Part shown: piece by piece, positions 9,473-17,513 of the stretch
Layout of the letters: every line of letters starts with the position of its first letter
How positions within the stretch are numbered: position 1 is the stretch's first letter
NCBI GenBank assembly: GCA_964575845.1
Contig: CAZNSX010000007.1
Span: 80,772 to 144,771, forward strand
DNA length: 64,000 nt
Direction: 5' to 3'
Source: an uncultured bacterium
GTDB lineage: Bacteria > UBA8248 > CAZNSX01
Translations under genes and position numbers: made by a program
Notes under the pieces: generated by a model
Database searches by the model: none
What the model was told of the DNA's origin: nothing
The model's input: the letters and a program-made list of their open reading frames with translations, nothing else

Positions 9473-10570
9473 CTACCCTGCACTTCGGTTCCACCTCGGG
9501 TATGAGCCGAGCACCTTGAGATAGCTGCAGCCCTCCTCAAACTCCCGGAGGGCGCCTTTCAAGGGCTCTTTCTCCCTGTGTCCTTCCACGTCCACATAGA
9601 AGACGTACTCCCAGGCCTTCCTGCGGGAAGGGCGGGACTCGATCTTGGTCATGTTTATCCCATGCTGGGCCAGAGGAGCCAAGGCATGGTAAAGAGCCCC
9701 GGCGCGATGGCGAATGCCGAAAAGCAGTGAGGTCTTATCGCAGCCCGTTGGGGATTGCTCTTCAGTCCCGATGAGGAAAAACCGGGTGTAGTTATGGGGG
9801 CTCTCGTCTATCTTCCTTGCTAGGACCTTAAGCCCGTAGAGAGCCGCCGCCTGCTCCCCGGCAACGGCCGCCGCTTCCCGCTCTTCAAGGGCGGCTTTGG
9901 CGGCGGCGGCGGTGGATGCCAGCTCCACAACCTCCACCTCGGGAAGGTGGGAAGAGAGCCACCCGCGACACTGGGCCAGGGCGTGAGGGTGGGAGTAAAG
10001 TTTTCTCACCTCTCTCAAGTCTCCCCCCCGAGCGAGGAGGTGAAGGGCAATCTCCACCAAAAGCTCCCCGCAAACTACCAGAGGGGAATCGGCCAGCATG
10101 TCCAGCGTATAGCTCACCGTTCCCTCCAGGGAGTTTTCCACGGGCACAACGCCGAATCGAGCCCTACGGGCCTCCACTTCCCGGAAAATCTCAGGAATCG
10201 TCCGGCAATCTATGTATTGGACGCCGTGGCCAAAGCGCTCAAGACCCGCCTGATGGGTGAAGGTGGCCTCCGGCCCCAAATAGCTCACCTTGAACGGCTC
10301 AACTTCAGCTCCTATGGCGGAGTCCAGCTCCCGGAAAATATGCTCCAAGCAGCGGGTAGGAAGGCTGGGTTCAGCCCCGGAGGCCCCGGAGCCCCTTTCA
10401 TCCCAGGGTGGCCTCTTCTCATGGTAGCGCTCCAGGGGGCGCTCCTCCCCCCTCTCCTTAAGGGCCTTGAAAAGGGATAGCCGATGCTCCATGAGCCGAA
10501 GGAGTTCCCTGTCGAGCCCAAGGAGTTCCTCAAGAAGAGAGTCGCGACCTTTTGAACCTTCACTTTTCAC
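9473..10570 (-). CDS. pheA: bifunctional chorismate mutase / prephenate dehydratase (P-protein)
   Basis: An N-terminal CM helix (LD.ELL.L...R), then the PDT domain (YLGPEATFTHQA, VPVENS.EG.V) and a C-terminal ACT domain (TSLLF...GALY..L). Confidence 0.9.
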   Translation of the reverse strand: MKSEGSKGRDSLLEELLGLDRELLRLMEHRLSLFKALKERGEERPLERYHEKRPPWDERGSGASGAEPSLPTRCLEHIFRELDSAIGAEVEPFKVSYLGPEATFTHQAGLERFGHGVQYIDCRTIPEIFREVEARRARFGVVPVENSLEGTVSYTLDMLADSPLVVCGELLVEIALHLLARGGDLREVRKLYSHPHALAQCRGWLSSHLPEVEVVELASTAAAAKAALEEREAAAVAGEQAAALYGLKVLARKIDESPHNYTRFFLIGTEEQSPTGCDKTSLLFGIRHRAGALYHALAPLAQHGINMTKIESRPSRRKAWEYVFYVDVEGHREKEPLKGALREFEEGCSYLKVLGSYPRWNRSAG

Positions 10571-10620
10571 GGGACAAGCTCCAGGGTGAGAAAAGCGAGT
10601 TCTTGCTCATAAGGCCTTTT

Positions 10621-10648
10621 AGTATAAAGCATTTTAGATTCCATGCAA
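10621..10648 (-). promoter_or_regulatory. candidate sigma70-type promoter inside the trpC-pheA gap
   Basis: The minus strand reads TTGCAT, a 16-nt spacer, then TATACT, about 50 nt upstream of the pheA GTG. This is sequence pattern only. Confidence 0.35.
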
Positions 10649-10846
10649 GGTCTCAGGCTTGCCAGGTGGCCTTCTCTCTCTCTTACGCCTCAGACTTTCC
10701 ATTATCCTTTTTCCCCTGAATTATGGGCTGAAGGGAATGTAGCCCGTTGAGGCCTTTTTGGGGAGAGCGGGTTAGGCGGGTAACTTTGCGGGTGTCCTTC
10801 GCTTGGTTGCTAAGATTGGCTCCGAGATCTCCTTGGCGGCACTCTC

Positions 10847-11668
10847 TCAGGCGAGGCCCACGAGCTCGCGGATCTTCTCCCTCGGGTCGTCCGCGCACAT
10901 GAGGGTCTCCCCCACCAGTATGGCTCTCACGCCCGCCCCACTGATGGCCTCCACCTGGGAGGGGCTCGTTATCCCGCTCTCGGCCACAAGGGTGAGAGCG
11001 GCGCGGCGCTCAGGAGGAATCTTGCCCGCGAGCTTAAGTGTCATGCCGGGATTTGTCTTGAAGGTTTTGAGGTCGCGGTTATTGATACCGATGATAAGAG
11101 TTGAAGTCCCGAGCGCGCGTGAGAGCTCTTCCTCGGTATGCACCTCGAGAAGAGCCTCCATCCCGAGCTCCCTGCTCAAGGCGAGAAGCTCCCCAAGCTC
11201 CCGGTCACCCAGGATAGCGGCTATGAGAAGCACGGCGTCGGCTCCGAAGAGGCGCCCCTCATAAACCTGGTAGGGCTCCACCGTGAAGTCCTTCTGAAGA
11301 AGGGGGAGTGAGACACGCTCTCTCACACGGGTGAGATGCCCGAGCTCCCCACGAAAGCCCCTCCTCTCAGTGAGGACCGATATGGCCGAGGCGCCACCCT
11401 CCTCATAGAGAAGGGCCTTCTTCTCGGGCTCATACCGGGAAGCGATGAGGCCCCGGGAGGGAGACGCCTTCTTGAGCTCGGCGATGACGTGAAGGGAGGC
11501 GCCGGAGGGAGGCGGCGCCCTGAGGGCTCCCAGAAAATCCCGCGGCGGAGGGGCCTCCCTGAGGCGGGCTTTGAGCTCGGAAAGGGGAACCCGTGCCCTT
11601 CTCTTTTCGAGGTCCTCCCGGACGCCTTCAAGGAGGCTGCCGAGAAGGTTTGACTTTTTTGTCACCAT
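10847..11668 (-). CDS. trpC: indole-3-glycerol phosphate synthase
   Basis: IAELKKASPS.G, LTE...F.G, KDF and INNRDL motifs. Confidence 0.9.
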   Translation of the reverse strand: MVTKKSNLLGSLLEGVREDLEKRRARVPLSELKARLREAPPPRDFLGALRAPPPSGASLHVIAELKKASPSRGLIASRYEPEKKALLYEEGGASAISVLTERRGFRGELGHLTRVRERVSLPLLQKDFTVEPYQVYEGRLFGADAVLLIAAILGDRELGELLALSRELGMEALLEVHTEEELSRALGTSTLIIGINNRDLKTFKTNPGMTLKLAGKIPPERRAALTLVAESGITSPSQVEAISGAGVRAILVGETLMCADDPREKIRELVGLA

Positions 11669-11682
11669 GGGAAAAAGATGGC

Positions 11683-12693
11683 TCAGCGGTTTGTGAACTC
11701 CCTGAGGCCCTCAAGCTTCTTGAGGGCTGCTCCGGAGTCTATGGCTTGGGCCGAAGCCTCTACTCCCTCCTTCAGGTCTGAGGCTATCTCGCCAGCATAA
11801 AGGGCGGCCGCGGCGTTCAGGAGCACAACGTCCCGCTCCGGGCCCTTCTTTCCTCTCAAGACCTCGAGGGTTATGCGGGCGTTCTCTCCGATGTCGCCTC
11901 CCCGGATGCTCTCGGGCCCGGCCCGGCGGAGGCCGAGCTCCTCGGGGACTAAGGTGTAGCCTCTGACAGAGCCTCCGGCAAGCTCGGCCACCCGGGTGGG
12001 AGCGCAGATACTGACCTCATCCATGCCATCCTCGCCATGCACCACGAGAGCCCTATGGCTTCCAAGTGCCCCCAGGACCCGTGCGAGCAGCTCTGTCAGC
12101 CTTCCATCATACACTCCTATGAGCTGGGCACGGGCACCGGCGGGATTCGTGAGTGGCCCCATTATATTGAAGATGCTCCTCACGCCGAGCTCCCTGCGGG
12201 GCCCTATGGCGTGCCTCATGGCTCCGTGATGGATGGGGGCGAAGAGGAATCCTATCCCCAGCGTATCCAGACATTCTCTCACCCGCTCGGGAGGAGCCTC
12301 GATATTGACGCCCAGAGCCTGAAGGAGGTCGGCGCTCCCGCAGCGGCTGCTCACGGCACGGTTTCCATGCTTTGCCATGGGCGCACCGGCCCCGGCGGCC
12401 ACAAGGGCCGCCACGGTGGAAATATTGAAAGTGTGAGCGCCGTCGCCGCCGGTGCCAGCGGTGTCCACCAAGAGGTGATGGCGAGAGCTTATCTTCAAGG
12501 CCCTGGCCCTCATGGCCCTTGCGCTGCCCACGATCTCCTCCACCGTCTCACCCTTGATCCTGAGGGCCATGAGATAGCCACCTATCTGGGCGGGGGTGGC
12601 CTCCCCGGCCATGATCTCATCCATCACAGCCTGGGCTTCCTCAGCCGTCAGGTCACGCCCCTCAACAAGCTTTGCTATGGCCTCTCTGATCAT
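11683..12693 (-). CDS. trpD: anthranilate phosphoribosyltransferase
   Basis: VDTAGTGGDG..TFNIST and KHGNR..SS..GSADLL motifs. Confidence 0.9.
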   Translation of the reverse strand: MIREAIAKLVEGRDLTAEEAQAVMDEIMAGEATPAQIGGYLMALRIKGETVEEIVGSARAMRARALKISSRHHLLVDTAGTGGDGAHTFNISTVAALVAAGAGAPMAKHGNRAVSSRCGSADLLQALGVNIEAPPERVRECLDTLGIGFLFAPIHHGAMRHAIGPRRELGVRSIFNIMGPLTNPAGARAQLIGVYDGRLTELLARVLGALGSHRALVVHGEDGMDEVSICAPTRVAELAGGSVRGYTLVPEELGLRRAGPESIRGGDIGENARITLEVLRGKKGPERDVVLLNAAAALYAGEIASDLKEGVEASAQAIDSGAALKKLEGLREFTNR

Positions 12694-12731
12694 TTCTAAT
12701 TCCGCTCCGGAAGAAAGGTCATGAGCCCCTC

Positions 12732-13319
12732 TCAGGCCGCCTCAACCACGTTTCTCAGAAGGGCTTTCCCTTGGGCCGTGAGGATGGACTCGGGATGAAA
12801 CTGCACCCCCTCTAGCCTCATGCCCCGTCCCCGAAGGGCCATCACCTCCCCCACCTGCGTTCGAGCTGAAACCTCGAACTCTCGCGGCAGGCTCTCCTCC
12901 TCCACGATGAGAGAATGATAGCGGGTCGCCTCAAAGGGGTTGGGAAGCCCCTTGAAGGCACCCTTACCATCATGGTGGATGGGGGAGGTTTTTCCGTGCA
13001 TGATGCGGGGTGCTCTCACGACCCTTCCACCGAAAGCGAAGGCTATGGCCTGATGGCCCAGGCAAACTCCGAAGATGGGCACTCTGCCCGCCGCCTTCTC
13101 TATGAGGGGCACGGTGATGCCAGCCTGCTCGGGCCTGCCTGGCCCGGGTGAGATGACGATGAGCTCATAGCCCCCCTGAAGGGCCTGCTCGGGGGTCAAG
13201 GCATCATTTCGCATGACATCCACTTCCGCTCCCAGCTCGGAAAGATATTGGACGAGATTAAAGGTGAAGGAATCATAGTTATCGATCATGAGAACCCGCT
13301 TCAAGGCTTCACTCCCCAA
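12732..13319 (-). CDS. trpG: anthranilate synthase component II (glutamine amidotransferase)
   Basis: IDNYDSFT.NLVQYL, GVCLGHQ and QFHPES motifs. Confidence 0.9.
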   Translation of the reverse strand: MGSEALKRVLMIDNYDSFTFNLVQYLSELGAEVDVMRNDALTPEQALQGGYELIVISPGPGRPEQAGITVPLIEKAAGRVPIFGVCLGHQAIAFAFGGRVVRAPRIMHGKTSPIHHDGKGAFKGLPNPFEATRYHSLIVEEESLPREFEVSARTQVGEVMALRGRGMRLEGVQFHPESILTAQGKALLRNVVEAA

Positions 13320-13322
13320 ATT

Positions 13323-14810
13323 TTAGTCCAGGCCCCCCTGGGCCATCTCCATGGCCCGGATGAGAGCCCTCCCTTTGTTCATGGTTTCTTCAAATTCGCG
13401 CTCGGGCGTGGAATCATATACCACGCCTGCTCCCACCTGAAGGTATACCTTTCCTCCGGAGACGATGATCGTTCTTATGGTTATGCAGGTGTCCATGTTG
13501 CCGGTGAAGCCGAAGTAGCCCACGGCTCCGGCATAGGGCCCCCTCCTCGTGGGCTCCAGCTCATCTATTATTTCCATGGCCCTCACCTTTGGAGCCCCCG
13601 AGACGGTCCCCGCAGGAAAACAGGCCCTCATCACATCGTAGGCCGTCTTGCCCGACGCGAGTTCCCCCCGCACATTTGAGACGATGTGCATCACGTGGGA
13701 GTATCGCTCCACCACCATGAGCTCATTCACCTCTACCGTTCCCCGGCGAGAGACCCGGCCCACGTCATTTCTGCCGAGGTCCACCAGCATAATGTGCTCG
13801 GCCCGCTCCTTCACATCTGAGAGAAGCTCTTCCTCAAGCACGCGGTCCTCCAATTCTGTCCTACCCCGGGGTCTCGTGCCCGCAATGGGCCTCACCTCCA
13901 CCCTCTCCCCTTCCCGGCGGACAAGTACCTCCGGCGAGGAGCCCACCAGGATGAGGTCATTAAGCCTCAGGTAGAACATATAGGGGGATGGGTTTATGGT
14001 GCGAAGAGCTCTATACATATTGAAGGGATGGGCCCTCAGGGGAGCCTCCAGCCGCTGGGACAAAACCACCTGAATGGCATCGCCGGCCTCCACATAGCCT
14101 TTTGCCCGAAGAACCGCCTCTTCAAAGCCCTCCTTGCTGAAGTTGGAGCCGAGGGTTATGGAAGCACCCCCCATCTCCCCCTGATGAAAGGGAGGTCTGG
14201 GAGCCTTGAGCTTTCGGATAATCCCCTCGATGCGCTCAGTGGCCCTCCGGTAGGCCCCCTCAACATCCCCATCACTCAGGTGGGCGTTACAGACCACCTT
14301 GATCTTCTGGGCTACGTTGTCGAAGATGAGGAGGCTGTCGGTTATGATGAAAAAACAGTCAGGAAGGTCGAGGTCGTCCTCACTGAGCTCGGGCAGGCGC
14401 TCGAAGAAGCGCACCATGTCATATGCCATGTAGCCGACGGCTCCCCCGAAGAACCGCGGAAGTCCCTCGGGCAGGGCGGGCCGGTACCCGGCCATGAGTT
14501 CCTCAAGCGCCTGAAGCGGGTCCTTCACCCCATCTCTTTCATCCACCCTTCCCTCGCTTCTCACCCAGACGCGGTCGCCCTTGCTGCTGAAAACGAGAGA
14601 GGGCTCGGACCCGAGAAAACTGTAGCGTGCCCACTTCTCCCCTCCCTCAACGCTCTCAAGAAGGAAGGAGCCAGTCCCCCCTTCTATCTTGAGGAAAGCC
14701 GAGACCGGGGTTTCAAGGTCCGCCATGATCTCCCGGTAAACGGGAACCAGATTGCCTTTCCGGCAGAGCCTTTTGAACTCATTGAGGTCGGGGCAATAGC
14801 TGACGGCCAT
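13323..14810 (-). CDS. trpE: anthranilate synthase component I
   Basis: Chorismate-binding motifs are present ([44 protein letters not shown]). The start is set at the ATG at 14810 (MAVSYCPD), which is preceded by GGGAAGGAA. Confidence 0.9.
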   Translation of the reverse strand: MAVSYCPDLNEFKRLCRKGNLVPVYREIMADLETPVSAFLKIEGGTGSFLLESVEGGEKWARYSFLGSEPSLVFSSKGDRVWVRSEGRVDERDGVKDPLQALEELMAGYRPALPEGLPRFFGGAVGYMAYDMVRFFERLPELSEDDLDLPDCFFIITDSLLIFDNVAQKIKVVCNAHLSDGDVEGAYRRATERIEGIIRKLKAPRPPFHQGEMGGASITLGSNFSKEGFEEAVLRAKGYVEAGDAIQVVLSQRLEAPLRAHPFNMYRALRTINPSPYMFYLRLNDLILVGSSPEVLVRREGERVEVRPIAGTRPRGRTELEDRVLEEELLSDVKERAEHIMLVDLGRNDVGRVSRRGTVEVNELMVVERYSHVMHIVSNVRGELASGKTAYDVMRACFPAGTVSGAPKVRAMEIIDELEPTRRGPYAGAVGYFGFTGNMDTCITIRTIIVSGGKVYLQVGAGVVYDSTPEREFEETMNKGRALIRAMEMAQGGLD

Positions 14811-14834
14811 CTTGATTCCTTCCCAAATCCAGAG

Positions 14835-14873
14835 ACAAAAAAGCCATGAACCGGAGAGTTCGGCCCATGGCTT
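14835..14873 (-). terminator. intrinsic terminator / attenuator hairpin 24 nt upstream of the trpE start
   Basis: The minus strand reads AAGCCATGGGCCGAACTCTCCGGTTCATGGCTTTTTTG. This is an 8-bp stem (AAGCCATG/CATGGCTT, with inner CCG/CGG pairs) followed by a T6 run. Confidence 0.55.
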
Positions 14874-14904
14874 TCTAACTAACAGCAACAAGCTTTACAG
14901 AAGG

Positions 14905-14994
14905 TCAGACTGCGGCCGAGCCCTCCTCACACCGAGAGCTTCGCCAGCACCACCTGTATACTCTCCAGAAGTCTCGAAGCCCGGCCGCAATCAC
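14905..14994 (-). promoter_or_regulatory. candidate trp leader peptide ORF (29 codons, 3 Trp)
   Basis: A GTG-initiated ORF preceded by AAGGG, translating as V/M-IAAGLRDFWRVYRWCWRSSRCEEGSAAV*. It lies between the predicted promoter and the terminator hairpin. Confidence 0.4.
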
Positions 14995-15038
14995 GTCCTT
15001 ACCCTTTATCCAGAATTCATGGAAAAGTTCACGGACTA

Positions 15039-15067
15039 AAAATATAAGCCCCTTCCTTCTCTGTCAA
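15039..15067 (-). promoter_or_regulatory. candidate sigma70-type promoter for the trp operon leader
   Basis: The minus strand reads TTGACA, a 17-nt spacer, then TATTTT. Confidence 0.4.
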
Positions 15068-15197
15068 GAGAATTTTATGCCGCTCCCTTCTGGACGGCCC
15101 GATGGGGATAAACGAGACCAGCAAGGCCGAATGAGATGTGACGGCCTTGAGGTTTTCGGAAGGGGCTCTGGGGTGAGGCGCAGCCTTTTCCTCCCCA

Positions 15198-16097
15198 TCA
15201 CCCCTCCTCTTCAGCCTTTAGCTGATAGCCGCAGAAGGGACAGAAATCCCCCTCTGCGGGCAGGGGCCTCTGGCAGCGACCGCAGTAGGTCTGAATGTGT
15301 GCGGGGAGGTACTCTATCCTTTCGCCGCAGGCCGTGCAGAAGCTTCCACCCTCAGGGGTCAGGCGGCCACAGTGGGGGCAGCGCACGAGAAGCCGCAGAG
15401 TTCCCTCCCGGAACGGGGAGATGCGCTGATACTCCTTTACTCTTCGCCAGGTCATCCTGCCCAGAAGGAGCATCAGCGGGATAACGGCCAGCACCAGTGG
15501 TGATCGGGTAAAGAGAAAATAATCATAGAGCCCGTGAAGGAACATGGCTCCGAGAAGCCCCCAGAGGACGCTCCGCCTGGCCCTTCCCGCCCGCAGGGCG
15601 ACCATCCCTACGGGGAATCCCCAGAGACATGAGAAAAAAAGATGGCCCAGGGTGGAAAATACGGCCCTTCCAACCATAACCCCTGCGCCTAGCTCAAGGA
15701 CATAGAAGACATTCTCCAGGGAGGCGAAGCCAAGGGCGGAGGCCGATGCATATACTAGGCCGTCCATGGGCTCATTAAACTGACGGCTGCGAAAGACTGT
15801 GAGGCGGACCGCAAGAAATTTAAAGATTTCCTCAACCGGGCCAACCACAAGGAAGCAGATGAAAAACAAACCGAGAAGACCGCCGGGCAGTGCCCTGGCG
15901 TCCTCCCTCATGTATCGGCCCAGGTCGCCGAGCAGGAGGTTCTCCACGACCCCGGCGGGGATCACGGCACCCGCCCCCAGAGCAAAAACACCCAGGACCA
16001 TGCGCCAGGGCTCCCGCTCGTACTTATCCAGGCGCCGGATCAGAACGAGGTAGACTATCCCCGGCGCAAATCCCAGGAACGCAATGAGAATGGTCAT
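15198..16097 (-). CDS. prsW: PrsW-family intramembrane metalloprotease with two C-terminal zinc ribbons
   Basis: A multi-transmembrane protein with EEIFKFLAV and FLHGLYDYF (PrsW E-E-x3-K and H-x3-D motifs). The C-terminus has CPHCG..x..CTACG and CGRCQ..x..CPFCG. Confidence 0.7.
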   Translation of the reverse strand: MTILIAFLGFAPGIVYLVLIRRLDKYEREPWRMVLGVFALGAGAVIPAGVVENLLLGDLGRYMREDARALPGGLLGLFFICFLVVGPVEEIFKFLAVRLTVFRSRQFNEPMDGLVYASASALGFASLENVFYVLELGAGVMVGRAVFSTLGHLFFSCLWGFPVGMVALRAGRARRSVLWGLLGAMFLHGLYDYFLFTRSPLVLAVIPLMLLLGRMTWRRVKEYQRISPFREGTLRLLVRCPHCGRLTPEGGSFCTACGERIEYLPAHIQTYCGRCQRPLPAEGDFCPFCGYQLKAEEEG

Positions 16098-16128
16098 GGA
16101 TGGAATTCAGCGGAGCCCACGGGGCGAG

Positions 16129-16761
16129 TCACTCCCGGACGACCACTGTGTCCACGATCTTATCATGCAGGCCCTGCTTTCGCTCGGTCCAGATGACCAT
16201 GAGAAAGCCTATGTAGAAGATGAGAGCGGAGAGCCCATAAGCAAAGTACCGACCCATGGCCCGGCCATAGCCCACCCGGCTCCCGTCAGAGCGCACCACC
16301 CTGAGGCGGCATATACGCTTTCCCGGCGTCCATCCGTAGCGGCCGATAAAAAGGGTAAAGTAGAGGATGGAAACGACAAAGCCAAGGAGTGTGCTCATTG
16401 CCCTTAATCCTTCAGGGGCATCAGGGGGGATGGAAAGGGCGAGGAGGAACCCACAGAGAAACGCGAAGAGGGATAAGAAGATAATATCCAGGATATAAGC
16501 CCGCGCGCGAATCCAGAAGCCCGCATAGTGCAGGCGTGGGAGCCTGAGCTCAAAGCCCCGCTCATCATGCTCTGGCTCTGCCATCTTTAGGCCTGCTCCA
16601 CAGGTGGGACATATGGCTGAATCCACCGGGTGGGCGGCGCCGCAATTTGGACAGGAAGGGAGGGTTTGCTCGCTCGGGAGTTCCTCCCCGCAGCCCATGC
16701 AGAAGTTGCTCCCAGGCGGGTTGACCCGACCGCAATTCTTACACCTGACCTCTGACATCAT
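16129..16761 (-). CDS. RDD-family membrane protein with an N-terminal double zinc ribbon
   Basis: Start taken at MMSEVRCKNCG...CMGCG...CPNCG...CPTCG. This is followed by an RDD-like transmembrane domain (YAGFWIRARAYILD, GWTPGKRICRLRVV, QGLHDKIVDTVVV). Confidence 0.7.
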   Translation of the reverse strand: MMSEVRCKNCGRVNPPGSNFCMGCGEELPSEQTLPSCPNCGAAHPVDSAICPTCGAGLKMAEPEHDERGFELRLPRLHYAGFWIRARAYILDIIFLSLFAFLCGFLLALSIPPDAPEGLRAMSTLLGFVVSILYFTLFIGRYGWTPGKRICRLRVVRSDGSRVGYGRAMGRYFAYGLSALIFYIGFLMVIWTERKQGLHDKIVDTVVVRE

Positions 16762-16775
16762 CGGGTCGAAGTCCC

Positions 16776-17510
16776 TCAATAACAGACCCTCACGAGAAAT
16801 AGGCCGCGTGCGGGAGCCGTGGGGCCGGCCCTCCGCCGGTCCCTGGAGGAGAATAGCTCGGCCATTTGCTTGGGAGATAGCTTTCCCCTCCCCACAAGAA
16901 CTAGAGTCCCAACCATCGTGCGGACCATATATCTGAGGAAACCCTCGGCCGTGACCCAGAAGGTGAGGAACTCTCCCCACCTCTCGATGCGAAACTCCCG
17001 CACGGTGCGCACTGTTGAGAGAACCCCTCTCCCTGAGCCAGAGAAGGCGGCGAAATCGTGAGAGCCCACGAAATAGGAAGCCGCCTCCCCCATGGCCTCA
17101 AGCTCCAGTGATGTCCTTAGATGCCAGCAGTAGCGCCTCCAGAGGGCTGAAGGGAAGGGTCTATTGAGGATGAGGTACTTATAGGTCTTCTCCTTGACGG
17201 AGTACTGGGGATGGAAGGAAGGAAGGGCTTCTTCCGCCTCCAGAACAGCGATGTCCTTGGGCAGAAGAGCATTCAGAGCAGAGGCAATCTTACCAGCGGA
17301 AAGGGCCAGCTTTGTCTCGAAACTCGCCACCTGACCCAGGGCGTGCACCCCGGCGTCGGTGCGTCCTGCCGCCTTGACCCTCACCTCCTCTCCGGATAGC
17401 TTCTTGATTGCCTCTTCCAGCACTCCCTGGATTGTGGGTACGCCGGGCTGGAGCTGCCAGCCGTGGTAGTCACCGCCATCGTACTCAAGGGTGAGGCGGA
17501 TAATCCGCAC
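16776..17510 (-). CDS. truA: tRNA pseudouridine(38-40) synthase
   Basis: YDG..Y.GWQ.Q and AGRTDAGVHA motifs. Confidence 0.9.
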   Translation of the reverse strand: MRIIRLTLEYDGGDYHGWQLQPGVPTIQGVLEEAIKKLSGEEVRVKAAGRTDAGVHALGQVASFETKLALSAGKIASALNALLPKDIAVLEAEEALPSFHPQYSVKEKTYKYLILNRPFPSALWRRYCWHLRTSLELEAMGEAASYFVGSHDFAAFSGSGRGVLSTVRTVREFRIERWGEFLTFWVTAEGFLRYMVRTMVGTLVLVGRGKLSPKQMAELFSSRDRRRAGPTAPARGLFLVRVCY

Positions 17511-17513
17511 CCC

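Noticed and set aside
10683-10898. A 71-aa minus-strand ORF in the trpC-pheA gap
   Set aside because: It overlaps the 3' end of trpC, has a basic low-complexity translation and has no RBS. The gap is better explained as a regulatory or promoter region.
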